Source: Hadesarchaea archaeon (GTDB lineage Archaea > Hadarchaeota > Hadarchaeia > Hadarchaeales > Hadarchaeaceae). From it: a DNA stretch of 64,000 nucleotides. Position numbers and translations under genes: made by a program. Under the pieces are notes generated by a model that worked only from the letters and a program-made list of their open reading frames with translations, had not been told where the DNA came from and did no database searches. The number at the start of each line of letters is the position of its first letter. Position 1 is the stretch's first letter. Positions 61,005 to 64,000 of this stretch are shown piece by piece. Location of the stretch: the NCBI GenBank assembly GCA_029259175.1, contig JAPDJH010000004.1, positions 64,001 through 128,000 on the forward strand. The letters are read 5' to 3'.

Positions 61005-61241
61005 ATGGCAGAGATAGTTGTGCGGATCCCGGAGGAGCTGAAGCAGGAGATGGATAAAATCCCGATAGACTGGTCGAAGGTCGCGCGGAACGCCATCCGC
61101 GAAAAAGTCGTCAGGTGGGTCAAGCTGAAGAAAGCGATATCCGAAAGTAAGCTCACAGAGACCGATGCGCTGGAGTTGGGGAGGAAAGTCAACCAAGCTC
61201 TAGCCCACCGATACCGAAAGCTGTATCCAGAGTTGGAGTAA
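61005..61241 (+). CDS. CopG-like antitoxin
   Basis: IVVRIPEELKQEM...IDWSKVAR.AI; GGTGGAG SD. Confidence 0.82.
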   Translation: MAEIVVRIPEELKQEMDKIPIDWSKVARNAIREKVVRWVKLKKAISESKLTETDALELGRKVNQALAHRYRKLYPELE

Positions 61242-61244
61242 GGA

Positions 61245-61658
61245 ATGGGAATGTTACTTGTCGTTGATGCAAACATCCTATTTTCGGCGTTGATTTCGCA
61301 CGGAGAGACATTCGACTTGCTGTGTTCTGAAGAGCTCCAGCTCGCCGCTCCGGAGTTTCTGCTGGTGGAGCTGAGCGAGCACAAAGCTGAGATTCTGCAG
61401 AAGTCGTCGCTTCCCGGAACTGTATTTGAGGAGTTTCTGGAGCTGCTCAGGGAGCGGATAGAAATAGTCCCCCATGACGACTTTGGAAATTTCATGTCGG
61501 AGGCAGCAAATTTGAGCCCAGACCCAGATGACATCCCATACATCGCCTTGGCCCTGAAGCTCCGCTGCCCCATCTGGTCACAGGACTCCCGGCTGAAGCG
61601 GCAGTCGAGGGTGCAGGTGTACACGACGCGCGAGCTGCTTGAGCTGCTGGGGTTGTAA
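61245..61658 (+). CDS. PIN-domain toxin
   Basis: VVDANILFSAL, DPDDIPYIALAL, IWSQD. Confidence 0.88.
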   Translation: MGMLLVVDANILFSALISHGETFDLLCSEELQLAAPEFLLVELSEHKAEILQKSSLPGTVFEEFLELLRERIEIVPHDDFGNFMSEAANLSPDPDDIPYIALALKLRCPIWSQDSRLKRQSRVQVYTTRELLELLGL

Positions 61659-61671
61659 CTAGCTGGTGCCC

Positions 61672-61858
61672 TCACCCCAGACCACCTCCGAGCAACGGCT
61701 TGACCATCGTTCTCAAGTGCCCGCACTCCCGGGCCTGTCCGGCCTCTGGGGCTCTCCCGCCCGAGCCAGAGCTTCGCCCGTTTGATCCGGCGCAGCATCG
61801 CGTCCGCCGGCTCCACCTGCACCCGGCGCCCGTCCAGCCGCGCTTCCGCCAGCACCAT
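61672..61858 (-). pseudogene. decayed small gene with degenerate CPxCG zinc knuckle
   Basis: Strong GGAGGTG SD and ATG at 61858; reads ...RGRTGP then, after one extra G, ECGHLRTMVKPLLGGGLG-stop. Confidence 0.35.
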
Positions 61859-62020
61859 TCCTCTACACCTCCTTTACGCTCCCACCTCCATCATGGGAAT
61901 CCTAAGCGTCACCGCTGTCTGGTTTAGGATGATGGTTCCAAGATCGAGTGAGCTGCAATGAGTTTATGTCGATAAAATTGAACAGTCATCTTAATAAACA
62001 ATCGTTCAATATAATAAACG

Positions 62021-62578
62021 ATGGTTTGGCTCGAGATGTTTAGCGAGTATGCTGGCGTGAGGCTCCTCGAGCAGTTCCTGGCCTCGCCCCGAAAGGAAAT
62101 CCACCTCCGCCAAGCGGCCAAGCTCGCAGGGGTAAGCCCGGGCTCCGCCGGGCGCTACCTGCGCGCCTTCCATGAGGCAGGATTGCTCGAGCGGAGAAGG
62201 CTCGGGAACCTCACGCTGTACCGCGGGAACCTGGAGAACCCGGCCTTCCGCCAGCTCAGGGTTGCGCGCACGGTCTTCCGGTTGCTGCGCTGCGGGCTCG
62301 TGGAGCACCTGGTTTCGGAGGTCAACCCGGTTTCCGTGGTTCTCTTCGGGAGCGCGGCGCGCGGCGATGACGACGAAACCAGCGATCTCGACCTGCTGGT
62401 CGTGTCCAAGCGGAGGCCGGGCGGAATGGAGAGGTTCGAAGAGCGCCTGGGGAGGAAGGTGAACCTCATCCACTACGACCAGAAGGGCTGGAGGCGGAAG
62501 GCGCGCGAGGACAGGCCGTTCTACGAGTCCGTGGTGCTCGAGGGTGTGGTGCTCCACGGTGAGCTACCGGTGATCTAG
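62021..62578 (+). CDS. HTH + minimal nucleotidyltransferase (MNT antitoxin)
   Basis: N-terminal wHTH, LFGSAARG....SDLDL. Confidence 0.88.
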   Translation: MVWLEMFSEYAGVRLLEQFLASPRKEIHLRQAAKLAGVSPGSAGRYLRAFHEAGLLERRRLGNLTLYRGNLENPAFRQLRVARTVFRLLRCGLVEHLVSEVNPVSVVLFGSAARGDDDETSDLDLLVVSKRRPGGMERFEERLGRKVNLIHYDQKGWRRKAREDRPFYESVVLEGVVLHGELPVI

Positions 62579-63000
62579 ATGCGCTTCGAGGAGTGTGTGA
62601 AGCAGGGGCTGCTCAGGCGCGCGAGGCCCGACCGGCGCAAGGCCGAGCGGTCGCTACAGATCGCGCGCCAGAGGCTCAGGGAAGCTGCGAGGGCGTCCAG
62701 GAGTTCTACACGGGCGCCTTGGTGCTCTCGTACTCCGCGATGTTTCACGCCGCGCGGGCGCTGCTCTTCAGGGATGGCTGGACCGAGAAAAGCCACGCGT
62801 GCGTCGTCGCGTACCTGCGCGCCCGGTACGTGAGCCGGGGCAAGCTCGAGCGGCGCTACCTCGCGATGCTGGACGCGGCCCGGCTCGAGAGGCACGAGAC
62901 GCTCTACGGGCTCGAGGTGACGGTTGCACGGGAGGATGCGGAACTGACGCTTAGGGCGGCACGCGAGTTCGTGTCAAGGGTCGCAAAATTGATTTCCTGA
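62579..63000 (+). pseudogene. HEPN-domain toxin, frameshifted near 62699
   Basis: N-terminus in frame of 62579, YSAMFHAARALL/KSH/RHETLY in frame of 62593. Confidence 0.8.
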
Positions 63001-63240
63001 TTGCTCGCATCAGAAATCATTTACTGGGGTCTCAGTCGCCACCCCATTTCATCTTTTCAATCGATGGGGCGCTTGCCCACGAAACCCCAAAAGAAGTATT
63101 TGACGCACATCTACAAAAACCACTCTGATTTACTGTCTGCCGTTTGGAAATTACATGCATAAAACGGCGATGAATTTTCTCCTGAATCCCGCAGATGAGA
63201 GAGATCGTGTGAATAACACGTGATTTTAGAGGTAAATTAG

Positions 63241-63327
63241 TGCGGGGGGAGGGATTCGAACCCTCGCAGGCCCTACGGCCACAGGATCTTAAGTCCTGCC
63301 CTTTTGGCCAGTCTCAGGCACCCCCGC
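63241..63327 (-). tRNA. tRNA-Leu(TAA), CCA not encoded
   Basis: GCGGGGG/CCCCCGC acceptor, CAGGA-CTTAAGA-TCCTG, long variable arm. Confidence 0.96.
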
Positions 63328-63412
63328 CCGTGTTTAGGTTTCCGCACGTACCATATTATTCTTTTCAATTCCCATTATAGCATGGAGCGATGAGATCTTG
63401 AAGTTCAGCGGA

Positions 63413-63547
63413 ATGAAGTGTCCGAAGTGCCAAGTTGGTGTTTTGGAGCGGTGGACTGCGGGTGACGAGGAGGACGAGGAGGCTACGTGGACGGCGTACC
63501 GGTGTACCGCTTGCGATTATGTTCTGAAAATCAAGCATGTGGATTAA
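63413..63547 (+). CDS. 44-aa zinc-ribbon microprotein
   Basis: Manual translation MKCPKCQVGVLERWTAGDEEDEEATWTAYRCTACDYVLKIKHVD, two CxxC pairs. Confidence 0.65.
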   Translation: MKCPKCQVGVLERWTAGDEEDEEATWTAYRCTACDYVLKIKHVD

Positions 63548-63606
63548 AAATTCTCATTAAATTATCAAAACTTCGCAATCTTGTAAACGCCGCGGGTTCA
63601 GAAAAG

Positions 63607-63713
63607 TGCTTCCCGGGAAGCGAGAGCGCTTCTCGCTTCCTTCCGGGCGGGATTCGAACCCGCGGCGCGAGCTCGAGAGGCTCGCATGTTTGACCGGGCT
63701 ACACCACCGGAGC
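63607..63713 (-). tRNA. tRNA-Glu(CTC) with 32-nt non-canonical intron (63610-63641) at position 70/71
   Basis: GCTCCGG 5' strand, CGAGC-CTCTCGA-GCTCG anticodon arm; removing the BHB-defined intron restores CCGGAGC-A. Confidence 0.88.
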
Positions 63714-63900
63714 ACCAGAAAGTTATGATTTTCTCTACTCAAAAAAATAGCCCCTCTGTGAAAGGATCTCGATTGGTGCGATGAGGTTAATCCAAATTTT
63801 CCACTGTCCGAGAATACTCCGTGTAATCATCGAGAAGGTCGTGGTTAGGTGTCAGACCTGCACACAGCTCCGAACGAACCAATCAAAAAACAAAATTTTA

Positions 63901-63919
63901 ATACTTGTAAAACAAGTAT
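63901..63919. promoter_or_regulatory. ATACTTGT-N3-ACAAGTAT palindrome, putative antitoxin operator
   Basis: Perfect 8-bp inverted repeat 7 nt upstream of the AbrB-like start. Confidence 0.6.
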
Positions 63920-63926
63920 GATTTGT

Positions 63927-64000
63927 ATGAAAATAAAAATCGAAGGAGTCGTGAAAGTCTCGCCTAGAGGACAGATAGTAATTCCAAAAGAAATCAGGGA
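63927..64000 (+). CDS. AbrB/MazE-family antitoxin (truncated by window end)
   Basis: Manual translation MKIKIEGVVKVSPRGQIVIPKEIR. Confidence 0.8.
   Translation, partial: MKIKIEGVVKVSPRGQIVIPKEIR

Noticed and set aside
60989-61858. 289-aa minus-strand ORF
   Set aside because: Mostly the antisense shadow of the antitoxin/PIN pair; only the first ~60 codons look like a decayed gene.
63616-63640. Hairpin as a transcription terminator or MITE
   Set aside because: Its boundaries fit a BHB exactly and excision restores the acceptor stem, so an intron is more parsimonious.
1-64000. CRISPR array, rRNA, intact integrase, transposase or reverse transcriptase
   Set aside because: No regularly spaced repeats or diagnostic motifs seen.

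Overview
Archaeal chromosome segment with a euryarchaeal-type gene set: class I LysRS, the dtdA-ftsZ-secE-spt5-rpl11-rpl1-rplP0-rpl12 cluster followed by alaS and leuS, and an archaeal SRP RNA. Positions ~1-28,400 are a visibly AT-richer surface-glycan locus. It holds dTDP-rhamnose genes on the + strand, converging on a ~20 kb minus-strand cluster for a pseudaminic-acid-type nonulosonate with unusual tailoring enzymes. Positions ~28,500-64,000 are GC-richer housekeeping DNA with five tRNA genes, several toxin-antitoxin modules and small decayed islets. The most striking signal is tRNA-Glu(CTC) at 63607-63713. Its 3' acceptor strand is interrupted by a 32-nt intron at position 70/71 with exact bulge-helix-bulge geometry, leaving a 3-nt final exon. 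Its 3' trailer also carries a perfect 12-nt complement of the variable loop/T arm, which could refold the precursor to present the splice motif. All calls come from reading motifs by eye; no database searches were run.
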